Source: a virus (taxonomy: Duplodnaviria > Caudoviricetes). From it: 55,499 nt of DNA. Location of the stretch: the IMG/VR virus record IMGVR_UViG_3300030207_002164, positions 1 through 55,499 of that record; one strand, written 5' to 3'. The position numbers and the translations under genes were made by a program. Below are positions 1 to 7,285 of the stretch, piece after piece (the first letter of the stretch is position 1; every line of letters starts with the position of its first letter). The notes under the pieces are model-generated. The model was not told the DNA's origin. It searched no databases and worked only from the letters and a program-made list of their open reading frames with translations.

Positions 1-1
1 C

Positions 2-61
2 TAAGTCATTCATTGTGAATGACGCAACTCCTGTTTGTGTTTTTGGTTTACGTTTATTCAT
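2..61 (-). CDS. 5' part of an early hypothetical protein (runs off the window)
   Basis: ATG at 61 overlaps the TAA of the upstream gene (TAATG coupling); open frame MNKRKPKTQTGVASFTMNDL to the window edge. Confidence 0.45.
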   Translation of the reverse strand, partial: MNKRKPKTQTGVASFTMNDL

Positions 62-333
62 TATCTCATATTTTGTGTGTTAATATCCCATTCGTCTAGT
101 ATGTCAAGCACTCTGTCGTGTACACATGGCGTGCCGTCATAGTCTACAAGTTCTTTGCCTTCAAACCATAACCCACCTTCTTCGTAATATAACATGCCAC
201 CTTCGTCTACATCGTATAACTCAAAGTGTCCGTACTCACGCTCTGTGTCTATGCTCACCTCTAATTGCATCTCTGCGTCCTTATCTAGTCTACCTATATC
301 TTGGGTAAATGTTATTCGTTTGTTGTATTTCAT
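61..333 (-). CDS. early hypothetical protein, acidic, 90 aa
   Basis: ORF track; ATGA-coupled to upstream gene; GGLWF..ELVDYDG-type motif seen in small phage proteins. Confidence 0.8.
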   Translation of the reverse strand: MKYNKRITFTQDIGRLDKDAEMQLEVSIDTEREYGHFELYDVDEGGMLYYEEGGLWFEGKELVDYDGTPCVHDRVLDILDEWDINTQNMR

Positions 334-518
334 ATCATTGTAATGTTTCCGTCCGTGTCTATGTAACCTGCATCGATCAGGGCTGATGCAGTTCGCCCGT
401 AGCTACCTTGTAGTTTCCACGCTTGACCACTACTGATTAGTTCAGCGAATAGTTCTAGCACTCCTGTGTCGTCTAAAAGACCACACTCGAATTGCATAAT
501 TTTGTCTACTAAATTCAT
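330..518 (-). CDS. small early protein with WxLQGxYGR motif (widespread phage family, function unknown)
   Basis: ORF track; motif AWKLQGSYGRTASALIDAGYI. Confidence 0.85.
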   Translation of the reverse strand: MNLVDKIMQFECGLLDDTGVLELFAELISSGQAWKLQGSYGRTASALIDAGYIDTDGNITMI

Positions 519-520
519 GA

Positions 521-619
521 TTAAAATTGTTCTTTTATTAGTTGTACTTTCTCTGTGTCTGTTAACTCATCGCTATCTAATATGTTGATTAGGTAGCACT
601 CAAATTCTTCTGTATTCAT
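521..619 (-). CDS. 32-aa early hypothetical protein (not in ORF track)
   Basis: MNTEEFECYLINILDSDELTDTEKVQLIKEQF; fills the gap, ATGA overlap with 616..873. Confidence 0.65.
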   Translation of the reverse strand: MNTEEFECYLINILDSDELTDTEKVQLIKEQF

Positions 620-873
620 GACGTTTGATTTAAGTATCTCTTCTTGATTGATGCGATGCGTTGCTCGTGGTCTCGGTAAAGCTCTTCGCATACCTTTCCG
701 TAATCATCACCCCTGTAGTCTCGGTAGTGTGATGCTAGTTCGTCCAACCACTCTGCCTCTGCTTGGTACTTTGATGAGTGGTATCTAGCGTCAATAATTT
801 GCTCCGCTAGTTGCTCTCGTGTGTAGTCTTGATTGACGATGTAGTCAATGCTTGATTGCTTGTATCTTTTCAT
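616..873 (-). CDS. early hypothetical protein, 85 aa
   Basis: ORF track; A-rich leader; co-oriented cluster. Confidence 0.8.
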   Translation of the reverse strand: MKRYKQSSIDYIVNQDYTREQLAEQIIDARYHSSKYQAEAEWLDELASHYRDYRGDDYGKVCEELYRDHEQRIASIKKRYLNQTS

Positions 874-891
874 GATGTATATTTTATTAGT

Positions 892-1134
892 TTATTCTTC
901 GTCATCTAAGTCTTTCCATTCTATGTCTGAACTACTCAACCTACCTTCGCAGTAGTCCACCGCCTCATCTAATGTGAGTAATGCTGTATGCCACCCACAA
1001 CTCATGCTATGTACTTCAAATTCACCATCTGAGTTTTTGTATAGTTCTTTTGTTGAGCGTAGTATTCCGTTAGAGAATACCACGTCTTTCATTTCGCCTG
1101 CCTTCATGGCAGTTAGTTGTTCTCGTGTACTCAT
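892..1134 (-). CDS. early hypothetical protein (start revised to MSTREQ)
   Basis: ATG at 1134 gives ATGA coupling with the stop of 1131..1370. Confidence 0.75.
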   Translation of the reverse strand: MSTREQLTAMKAGEMKDVVFSNGILRSTKELYKNSDGEFEVHSMSCGWHTALLTLDEAVDYCEGRLSSSDIEWKDLDDEE

Positions 1135-1370
1135 CGCTTTATTGCTTTTACTGATAAAATTTCTGTGTCGCATTGCTCAAGCTCTGCTTCGCCTAGCGTA
1201 TCCCATATCTCGTGGTATACGTCATCTTCAAAGCTCTTACCCTTTGTATCCCACTCAACTGTATTGCCTAGCGTTATTCTTTCAACGGCTGATGGCGATA
1301 GCTCGTCGGGTAAAGCTACCTCGATTGTGGTGGTGTATGTACGCACCACTTCTATTTCAAATGTTTTCAT
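1131..1370 (-). CDS. early hypothetical protein (start revised to MKTFEIEV)
   Basis: ATG at 1370 follows the AAACCAATAAAC leader and the stop of 1373..1498. Confidence 0.75.
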   Translation of the reverse strand: MKTFEIEVVRTYTTTIEVALPDELSPSAVERITLGNTVEWDTKGKSFEDDVYHEIWDTLGEAELEQCDTEILSVKAIKR

Positions 1371-1372
1371 GT

Positions 1373-1498
1373 TTATTGGTTTTTTGTCCATGTTTCGTAT
1401 GCAAAGTCTATTGCATCGTTGATTTCTATTGCCTCTTCACGAGTGATTGTGTACCCTTCCATGCGGTACACTTCGATAATGTTATCTATTACGTCCAT
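1373..1498 (-). CDS. 41-aa early hypothetical protein (not in ORF track)
   Basis: MDVIDNIIEVYRMEGYTITREEAIEINDAIDFAYETWTKNQ; first gene after the 1538-1569 promoter, double AAACCAA leader. Confidence 0.7.
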   Translation of the reverse strand: MDVIDNIIEVYRMEGYTITREEAIEINDAIDFAYETWTKNQ

Positions 1499-1537
1499 GA
1501 TGTATTAATTGGTTTTCGATTGGTTTGAATCGGTCTG

Positions 1538-1569
1538 CAAATATACAACAGACTTTTCCAAATTCCAAA
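1538..1569 (-). promoter_or_regulatory. Bacteroidota primary-sigma promoter (full -33/-7)
   Basis: Minus strand TTTG-N20-TATATTTG, matching TTTG-N19-21-TAnnTTTG, intergenic. Confidence 0.85.
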
Positions 1570-1592
1570 TTTATTTTTTAATAACGTAGTTA

Positions 1593-1928
1593 TTACTTGT
1601 ATCTATTGACTTTCTTAGCGTTCTCATCGTAGCAATTCCTCACCACCATACCCAACTGTTCAGCTGCATAGTTGATATGCCTAGATGTAGTAGGTGAGTG
1701 CCAGTCAGATACGACCAATGAACCTAGATTTTCTAGCCCCCATGCAACGTCAGTATCGTAGCTTTTAACGATGATTCGCCACCCATACGAGCCGTAATAC
1801 TCTTTGCGCACCGACAGATGCTGCTTGTACTTTGGCAAATCGATCTCGCGTGTATGTGGTACGCCCCACATGTATCCGTCATCACGATACATTTCGTAGT
1901 CGTGGTCTGCTCTTTCTAGTAATCCCAT
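1593..1928 (-). CDS. early hypothetical protein with SYxTxVA...SxTTxRH motif (widespread phage family)
   Basis: ORF track; KSYDTDVA...WHSPTTSRHIN. Confidence 0.85.
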   Translation of the reverse strand: MGLLERADHDYEMYRDDGYMWGVPHTREIDLPKYKQHLSVRKEYYGSYGWRIIVKSYDTDVAWGLENLGSLVVSDWHSPTTSRHINYAAEQLGMVVRNCYDENAKKVNRYK

Positions 1929-1930
1929 AT

Positions 1931-2074
1931 CTATTGGTATTTGTCAAGTTTAACATCGCTATATCCACGCACACTAAATTCGTTTGCAAGTTCAACGGCA
2001 TCGTCTAAGGTTAGTAGGTAGTCGTTTACTTCTGTACCGCCTACCCATACTGAGTATTTTCTTTCTGTATTCAT
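1931..2074 (-). CDS. 47-aa early hypothetical protein (not in ORF track)
   Basis: MNTERKYSVWVGGTEVNDYLLTLDDAVELANEFSVRGYSDVKLDKYQ; fills the gap exactly. Confidence 0.75.
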   Translation of the reverse strand: MNTERKYSVWVGGTEVNDYLLTLDDAVELANEFSVRGYSDVKLDKYQ

Positions 2075-2077
2075 TGG

Positions 2078-2221
2078 TTATTTGTTTTCTAGTTCAACAT
2101 TTTGGTAAGCATAGCACGCACCGTGCGCACCGCTTGAGCATGATGACATGCTGATGATTACAATAACGATTACTGCTATTGCGTAGGCACTCAAGCCCAT
2201 TGGTAGTAAATTATTTTTCAT
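2078..2221 (-). CDS. 47-aa predicted lipoprotein (not in ORF track)
   Basis: MKNNLLPMGLSAYAIAVIVIVIISMSS-CSSGAHGACYAYQNVELENK: hydrophobic h-region then lipobox-like MSS-C; AAACCAA leader. Confidence 0.75.
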   Translation of the reverse strand: MKNNLLPMGLSAYAIAVIVIVIISMSSCSSGAHGACYAYQNVELENK

Positions 2222-2240
2222 GTTTTATTGGTTTAATTTG

Positions 2241-2435
2241 TTAGAGATTCTTATGTTCATACATTGTCTTACAAACATATTCGTCAAACTCTTCTGCCAA
2301 GTATGCAATTGTGTCATCGTGTATGGCTACACTAAGTGTTTCCGTTACGTTGATGTATAACATACCCCCTAGCTCCTCGCTAGGTGTGTCGTGGTGTGCA
2401 TTAAGCACGAATGATGCTTTTTCTAATTGTGTCAT
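2241..2435 (-). CDS. early hypothetical protein, 64 aa
   Basis: ORF track; ATGA coupling. Confidence 0.75.
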   Translation of the reverse strand: MTQLEKASFVLNAHHDTPSEELGGMLYINVTETLSVAIHDDTIAYLAEEFDEYVCKTMYEHKNL

Positions 2436-2845
2436 AGTAATATTTCTTTTTGGTTTTTACAGTCGTAGATTGCGATTTCGCCACGTTTTTTTGCTATTTC
2501 CGTAGCTACGTCAAGGTTGTACAGATGTTGCACAAGGTCGAAGTATATCTGCCCTTCGTGTATCCATGTACCCACACCCAGTCCAGCAGAGTATGGGATA
2601 AGGTTGGGTTTGTGTTGGGGTAGTAGTATGTGATACTTATCCCATAGCTTTTTGAACGCTTTGAAGTGTGCGCTCACATCAGGGTATGCACTGCCGTCAA
2701 CCTCTGCGTACATAGTGGTTGGCTCAGTTACACCACCTACAATGTAACCTTCGGTTGGGTTGGTTATGCCATCTGCAAGGCTTGTATACCCACCGTCTAG
2801 TAGCGTGTTGATGTACGCTTGTCTGATTGTGTGGTCTTGTGTCAT
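2432..2845 (-). CDS. early protein with GxW...YxD...AIYD motif (possible distant SAM-lyase-like fold)
   Basis: ORF track; GGYT..PTEGYIVG and GVGTWIHEGQIYFD...RGEIAIYD; function is a guess. Confidence 0.75.
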   Translation of the reverse strand: MTQDHTIRQAYINTLLDGGYTSLADGITNPTEGYIVGGVTEPTTMYAEVDGSAYPDVSAHFKAFKKLWDKYHILLPQHKPNLIPYSAGLGVGTWIHEGQIYFDLVQHLYNLDVATEIAKKRGEIAIYDCKNQKEILL

Positions 2846-2991
2846 AGTGTTAATGCTTTAATGTAAGACTTGATTAGTTTCATGTAGCTGTAATCGTACA
2901 TGTAGGTAAGGTGCTTGATTTGCACATTCTTCGCAACGTGTATCTTCCTCCTGAGAAGATTAGCGATTCTGATTATGATAAATTTTTTCAT
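2842..2991 (-). CDS. 49-aa basic early protein (start revised to MKKFIII)
   Basis: ATG at 2991 directly follows the duplicated AAACCAA leader; ATGA coupling to 2432..2845. Confidence 0.6.
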   Translation of the reverse strand: MKKFIIIRIANLLRRKIHVAKNVQIKHLTYMYDYSYMKLIKSYIKALTL

Positions 2992-3334
2992 TGGTTTGAA
3001 AATATGTTTGGTTTGACATAGACTACCTTTAGGTAGTTTCGACCATTCAGGTCTCATCAGTATGCCTACCCTTCCTCGGACGTCCACCCAAGGTCATCGA
3101 ATAGTTTCTTGCCTCGCTCTACGCTTGGTTTACGGTACACCCTCATCGTCTTTGTGCTTGGCACATATTCGAACTTGGCTTCACCTTCGAACATCTCTGA
3201 CAGTCTACGACTGTAGTATTTTGCTTTTCTAGTGTTCCCATCTTTGATGGCTTGAGATAGACGTTGTACGAAGTACTCTGATTTTGGAAGTCTTTCCATG
3301 TGTAAAGGATTTTGGTTTGAAAAATGTTTGGTTT
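2991..3334. repeat. 23/24-nt direct repeat in leaders of two adjacent early genes
   Basis: TTGGTTTGAAAATATGTTTGGTTT (2991-3014) vs TTGGTTTGAAAAATGTTTGGTTT (3312-3334). Confidence 0.8.
3066..3299 (-). CDS. early hypothetical protein, 77 aa
   Basis: ORF track; double AAACCAA leader. Confidence 0.75.
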   Translation of the reverse strand: MERLPKSEYFVQRLSQAIKDGNTRKAKYYSRRLSEMFEGEAKFEYVPSTKTMRVYRKPSVERGKKLFDDLGWTSEEG

Positions 3335-3417
3335 AAGAGGGTTTGTATATATCTCTCTCTATATTCTATAGAGAGATATATACTAAACCTTCTAATAGCT
3401 CAGAGAGTTGAAACAGC

Positions 3418-3789
3418 TTATGCTGTTTGAGGCGCACCCTGCATAAGAGCTTTGCAGTATCTTACTGCATCATCAACTGAGTAGCCCATCGAACGAAGTT
3501 CGCTGAATTCAGGCAGCGTGTTCACCTCTGCAACCGACTCTGGAATGAAGTTTTCAGCTACCGACTGCTTTGCCTGAGACTCTTCGAGTCTCTGATTCTT
3601 TGGCCTGCGCTTAGAAGTCTTTGACTTTTTGCGCTTTGGCTTTGGCTTAACCTCTTCGAGGTTAGCAACTGCTTCAGTAAGCTCTTTTAAGAGCTTAACA
3701 GCAAGAGCCTTATGGCTCTTTGTCGGAGTGTACTTAGCTCTGTTGATTGCTTTCTTGCAATCTTTGATTGATTGGATAGAAATTTCCAT
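3418..3789 (-). CDS. Lys-rich first early protein, 123 aa, overprinted by hairpins
   Basis: ORF track; AAACCAA leader as in neighbours; basic central tract KPKPKRKKSKTSKRRPK. Confidence 0.65.
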   Translation of the reverse strand: MEISIQSIKDCKKAINRAKYTPTKSHKALAVKLLKELTEAVANLEEVKPKPKRKKSKTSKRRPKNQRLEESQAKQSVAENFIPESVAEVNTLPEFSELRSMGYSVDDAVRYCKALMQGAPQTA

Positions 3790-4433
3790 TGAAATTAGAT
3801 TTTGGTTTGGTGGCTGACTTCCAAAGCCACTTAGTAGTTAATTGAATTAAGAGAGAAGTCATAGACTTCCTTCTCTCTTAATTCTATAACTACAACTCTC
3901 TCCAACCTACGGAATCTTTGATTCTCAGTGCGTTGGCAATCAAGACTTGTACTCTTGCTTTAGCAAGATAGATTCTACTGATAATTGAATTGTCAATACA
4001 AAGATGTAATACTAAGCTACGCTTAGTATTAAAGCAATTACCAACAACAAATAAATGTCAATACTAAACCCCCTTATAGGGGGTAACTAGCTAGACTATT
4101 AGTCTAGGGGGGGTGATTGTCCCACTGCGTTGACTACCGATGTAAACTACAACCTAAACAAAAGCTACAAGTAGCTCAACGTAACACGCTGAACCCCAAG
4201 GGGTTAAATGTATACGCAAATCTAATCAAAGATTAGAGGGGGTAGGTCGGCAAAATGCGTTTCGGGTGCGACATGCTAGCGTTTTATATTATATATAATC
4301 CCCACCATATACATTTCTCGCCGTTTTTTCAAGGCGGCGCGGATCTGAATTGCGATGGTTACGCCACCTTTCCGTCCATAAACCATTGAGAAGCGGTAAA
4401 TTAGACCCATTTGCTTAAATTTATGCTTTACAC

Positions 4434-4464
4434 TTGACTTTTAAAAAAATATGTTATAACTTTG
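4434..4464 (+). promoter_or_regulatory. Bacteroidota promoter at start of rightward region
   Basis: TTG (4434-4436)-N20-TAACTTTG (4457-4464). Confidence 0.7.
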
Positions 4465-4558
4465 CTATCAAATAATATGCATTACAAAGCCAATCTAGAT
4501 GATTTTGGTGTTTGTACACAAGAAGCATTTAGAATGTTCAATACAGGATAGCTTTATC

Positions 4559-4687
4559 ATGATTGTAAAGAAAAAAGACGGGTATTATGTCGTATCCAAG
4601 AAAAAAAAGAACCTAGGCGGTCCCTATGGATCACGCCTTGCTGCTCTTAGAAGGCTAAGGCAGGTAGAATACTTCAAAAATAAGTAG
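4559..4687 (+). CDS. small basic phage protein, 42 aa (start revised)
   Basis: MIVKKKDGYYVVSKKKKNLGGPY...RLRQVEYFK pattern common in phage late regions. Confidence 0.7.
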   Translation: MIVKKKDGYYVVSKKKKNLGGPYGSRLAALRRLRQVEYFKNK

Positions 4688-4695
4688 TATATTTG
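4688..4695 (+). promoter_or_regulatory. -7 element TATATTTG (no clear -33)
   Basis: Consensus TAnnTTTG ending 3 nt before ATG 4699. Confidence 0.65.
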
Positions 4696-4698
4696 TAT

Positions 4699-5520
4699 AT
4701 GCCTAGAACAAAACGCAAAGACAAGAAGAACAAGAAGCGATATATTAGTGGGGGCTACATGAGTGTGGGCGATTTACTTCAAAAGGAAGGTATTGATCAA
4801 ACAACAACTAAATCTGAGTATCTTTCTATGGATAATTCACCTGGATTTTTGAATTTTGAAGAAAGGTATGCTCATATGCCAGGCAGTGAAGGTGGGTATA
4901 GTGCAAAAGAGTATAGAAAATTCAAAGACTTAGAACGCCAAGGCATCCCAGTTGATTCAGATAGATATGACTACCTCAAAACTGTGCATGACGAGAGAAC
5001 AAGAGCAACAGGGACTACCGCTTTAAACGTAGGTGCCATAGCTTTAGGTGCATATACTGGAAATACAGCTCTGATGCAGCAGGGTGTTACCAATATAGGT
5101 AATTACGCCATGGGTGAGATGGAGGAAACCAAAGCTGGAGGTCAAAACCCATATACAGGTGAGTATCTAGGTAGCGATCCCACTGGTCAAGAAATTCAGT
5201 TTGAAGAAGAGCTTGCTGGACAGTTAATGACATTTGTTCCTGCTATAGGCCAAGGCTCAGGCTCTACAAAATCGACAGAAACATCGCAGTCAGGCAATAT
5301 GGTTTATGGTCCAGCACCTTCAAAAACTACACGGCAGATTCAACAGGGTATTATACCCTCTGAAGCTACAACCGCATCAACTGGTAAGGGATCTTCCGTT
5401 AATACTCTTTTAAGTGCATTAAGTAGTCAAGGGACTTCATCGTCTAAACAAGGCAGTAGGTTGAGATACATACCCCGTAAATATGATTACATAAAAGGTA
5501 ATACCTTTGGCAAACAATAA
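4699..5520 (+). CDS. putative internal virion/cargo protein with basic N-terminus and YISGG motif
   Basis: ORF track (its TTG start lies inside the promoter element; ATG 4699 preferred); low-complexity S/T/G C-terminus. Confidence 0.75.
   Translation: MPRTKRKDKKNKKRYISGGYMSVGDLLQKEGIDQTTTKSEYLSMDNSPGFLNFEERYAHMPGSEGGYSAKEYRKFKDLERQGIPVDSDRYDYLKTVHDERTRATGTTALNVGAIALGAYTGNTALMQQGVTNIGNYAMGEMEETKAGGQNPYTGEYLGSDPTGQEIQFEEELAGQLMTFVPAIGQGSGSTKSTETSQSGNMVYGPAPSKTTRQIQQGIIPSEATTASTGKGSSVNTLLSALSSQGTSSSKQGSRLRYIPRKYDYIKGNTFGKQ
5502..5509 (+). promoter_or_regulatory. -7 element TACCTTTG
   Basis: Consensus match about 20 nt upstream of ATG 5529. Confidence 0.5.
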
Positions 5521-5528
5521 AAACAGTA

Positions 5529-5993
5529 ATGGCGACCCTAACAACAACCATAACAGAAGAGATAGTTCTTAACGGTAGAGACCGAGGATCTAGCAATGTA
5601 TTATCTATAGGTAGTGTAACGGAAGTATTGCACCGCATAGTAACGTGTCCTGCAAACGTAGACACTACAATTGCATCTTTTCAAGCTGCAGTTAATACTA
5701 GCGATGGCGCACTTGATCTAGATAACGTAAAGTACATTAGAGTAACAAACCTTGACTCAAGCAACCCTATAAATCTATCTTTGCAAATTGCGTTGGGTGA
5801 AGACGGTGCTGCAAATGCCTCTACTACTATACTTATAGCTGCAGGAAGGAGTTTTATTATGGGCTCACCTCACGATGGAATTGTTGTAGATGATGACGCA
5901 GCCACTATTGTTACAGGTTTAAATGATTTAGAAAGCTTATTAGTTGACCCATCAGCAAACAACGTATCTGTAGAGGTCTTTATCGCAAGTTAA
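5529..5993 (+). CDS. putative virion beta-sandwich protein, distant relative of the 22058-23684 paralogs
   Basis: MATLTTTITEEIVLNG start; YIRVTNLD motif resembles YIRN/YFKN/YIKN/YVKNLD. Confidence 0.8.
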   Translation: MATLTTTITEEIVLNGRDRGSSNVLSIGSVTEVLHRIVTCPANVDTTIASFQAAVNTSDGALDLDNVKYIRVTNLDSSNPINLSLQIALGEDGAANASTTILIAAGRSFIMGSPHDGIVVDDDAATIVTGLNDLESLLVDPSANNVSVEVFIAS

Positions 5994-6004
5994 AATATAT
6001 AATT

Positions 6005-6682
6005 ATGTTTATAAAAAAGAAAAATATGATGATGCGTGGCGACAAAATGAAAGCCATGATGAAATACCTCACAGGTGGTCAAGTAAAATTAGACAAAAAT
6101 AAAGACGGAAAGATCAGCGGAGCAGATTTTAAAATGATGATGGGTGGATCCAAGATGGGATACGCGAAGGGTGGTAAGACTGACCCTCCGAAACAAGGTA
6201 CTCCACCTGTAAGAACTTGGGATGAAGGTATGCACAAAGAATATATAGAGTACATTTTTGATCCAACACCTGAAAATAAGCCAGATTGGTATTTTGGAGA
6301 TATTGATATTGAAGGTAATCCAGTTGATACAACTGGGACATCGCTGCCTTATATTGGTCCTGGAGGAGCAGGATATAAAGAAGGAGATGAAGATATTTAC
6401 AGAAGGGCCACTGGTATAACACCGCAGCAAAGACCCGCTAAAGTACCAGTAGAGAAGATTGTAGGTAAAAAAGGCATGAGGATGAAGTACATGAAGGGTG
6501 GAGATATGAAGTATATGGGGGGTGGAGATATGAAGTATATGCAAGGTGGAGATATGGAGGCTGCAGCTATGCAAGGCCAACAAATGGAAGCACCGTCTCG
6601 TATGGATCAAATTAAAGAAATGATTATGAGCCTTAGTGACGACGAAAGAGCTATGGTTGCTCAACTTCTAAGCGAGCGTTGA
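6005..6682 (+). CDS. Met/Lys/Gly-rich putative internal virion protein with EF-hand-like loop and YxxGG repeats
   Basis: DKNKDGKISGADF; six (Y/M)xxGG motifs. Confidence 0.8.
   Translation: MFIKKKNMMMRGDKMKAMMKYLTGGQVKLDKNKDGKISGADFKMMMGGSKMGYAKGGKTDPPKQGTPPVRTWDEGMHKEYIEYIFDPTPENKPDWYFGDIDIEGNPVDTTGTSLPYIGPGGAGYKEGDEDIYRRATGITPQQRPAKVPVEKIVGKKGMRMKYMKGGDMKYMGGGDMKYMQGGDMEAAAMQGQQMEAPSRMDQIKEMIMSLSDDERAMVAQLLSER
6482..6553 (+). repeat. 3 x 24-nt in-frame tandem repeat (MKYMxGGD)
   Basis: ATGAAGTA(C/T)ATG-nnn-GGTGGAGAT three times. Confidence 0.9.
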
Positions 6683-6798
6683 GAAAAAAATATTTTAACA
6701 CAAAGAAAAAACGAAAAGATCCAGCAATAGAAGCTGAAAAAATAAGACTCAATAAAATTAAAAATGAAGCTAGAAGTAATAAGATTCAACAAAGGTGA
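6679..6798 (+). CDS. possible 39-aa basic protein (not in ORF track)
   Basis: TTG start overlapping upstream TGA; MRKKYFNTKKKRKDPAIEAEKIRLNKIK...; fills the gap. Confidence 0.4.
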   Translation: MRKKYFNTKKKRKDPAIEAEKIRLNKIKNEARSNKIQQR

Positions 6799-7285
6799 GG
6801 ATGCAACTAACGGCTTACTATTCGATATAACAGATGGACCGAGAAAATTTTTATGCTATACCCTCGAAGATGAAAGCCGCATTGAAAAAGTGTGGGGAGA
6901 AACTTGTATTCCTGAAGGAGAGTATCAAATCAACTTTAGAAAAGAAGGTGGATACCACACCAAGTACAGTAAAAGGTTTGCTGATATACATGTGGGTATG
7001 CTTGAGGTCTGTGACGTCCCTAATTTTAAATATATTCTTCTTCACTGTGGTAATACTGATGAGGACACTGCGGGATGCTTACTACTGGGTGACACGCAAG
7101 AAAACAACGACATCAAAACAAACGGTTTCATCGGTAAGTCGACGCAAGCGTACAAAAGGGTCTACCCGAAAATCGCCAAAGCGCTCGAAGAGGGTGAAGA
7201 AGTGATTATTACGTATAGAGATTTTGCAGAAAGTCTAATATTGCAACCAGCAGATATAACTGAATTTTTTGGAGGAGAAGCATAA
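6764..7285 (+). CDS. DUF5675-family protein (L,D-transpeptidase-like His/Cys; candidate endolysin)
   Basis: TLED...TCIPEGEY...ILLHCGNTDEDTAGCLLLG motif set. Confidence 0.85.
   Translation: MKLEVIRFNKGEDATNGLLFDITDGPRKFLCYTLEDESRIEKVWGETCIPEGEYQINFRKEGGYHTKYSKRFADIHVGMLEVCDVPNFKYILLHCGNTDEDTAGCLLLGDTQENNDIKTNGFIGKSTQAYKRVYPKIAKALEEGEEVIITYRDFAESLILQPADITEFFGGEA

Larger units (their letters stand above)
3022..4237. repeat. dense array of short perfect inverted repeats (mini-hairpins, mostly 2-4-nt loops)
   Basis: e.g. 3345-3383, GAGACTC-TTC-GAGTCTC 3576-3592, TAACCTC-TTC-GAGGTTA 3648-3664, 3844-3884, TAATACTAAGC-TAC-GCTTAGTATTA 4007-4031, ACCCCCT-TAT-AGGGGGT 4068-4084, TCTAATC-AAA-GATTAGA 4221-4237. 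Confidence 0.9.

Noticed and set aside
126-3817. Plus-strand ORFs in the early region (126..308, 974..1528, 1117..1422, 2311..2505, 3629..3817)
   Set aside because: Antisense shadows of a tightly coupled minus-strand gene set; atypical composition
3991-4064. Twice-repeated TGTCAATAC (TTGACA on minus strand) as sigma70 -35 boxes
   Set aside because: No -10 hexamer at 16-18 nt spacing; other promoters follow the Bacteroidota consensus
3790-4450. tRNA, structured ncRNA or CRISPR array in the intergenic region
   Set aside because: No cloverleaf or T-loop, no repeated unit with spacers; the tight loops and near absence of G-U pairs fit DNA hairpins better, although an RNA cannot be fully excluded
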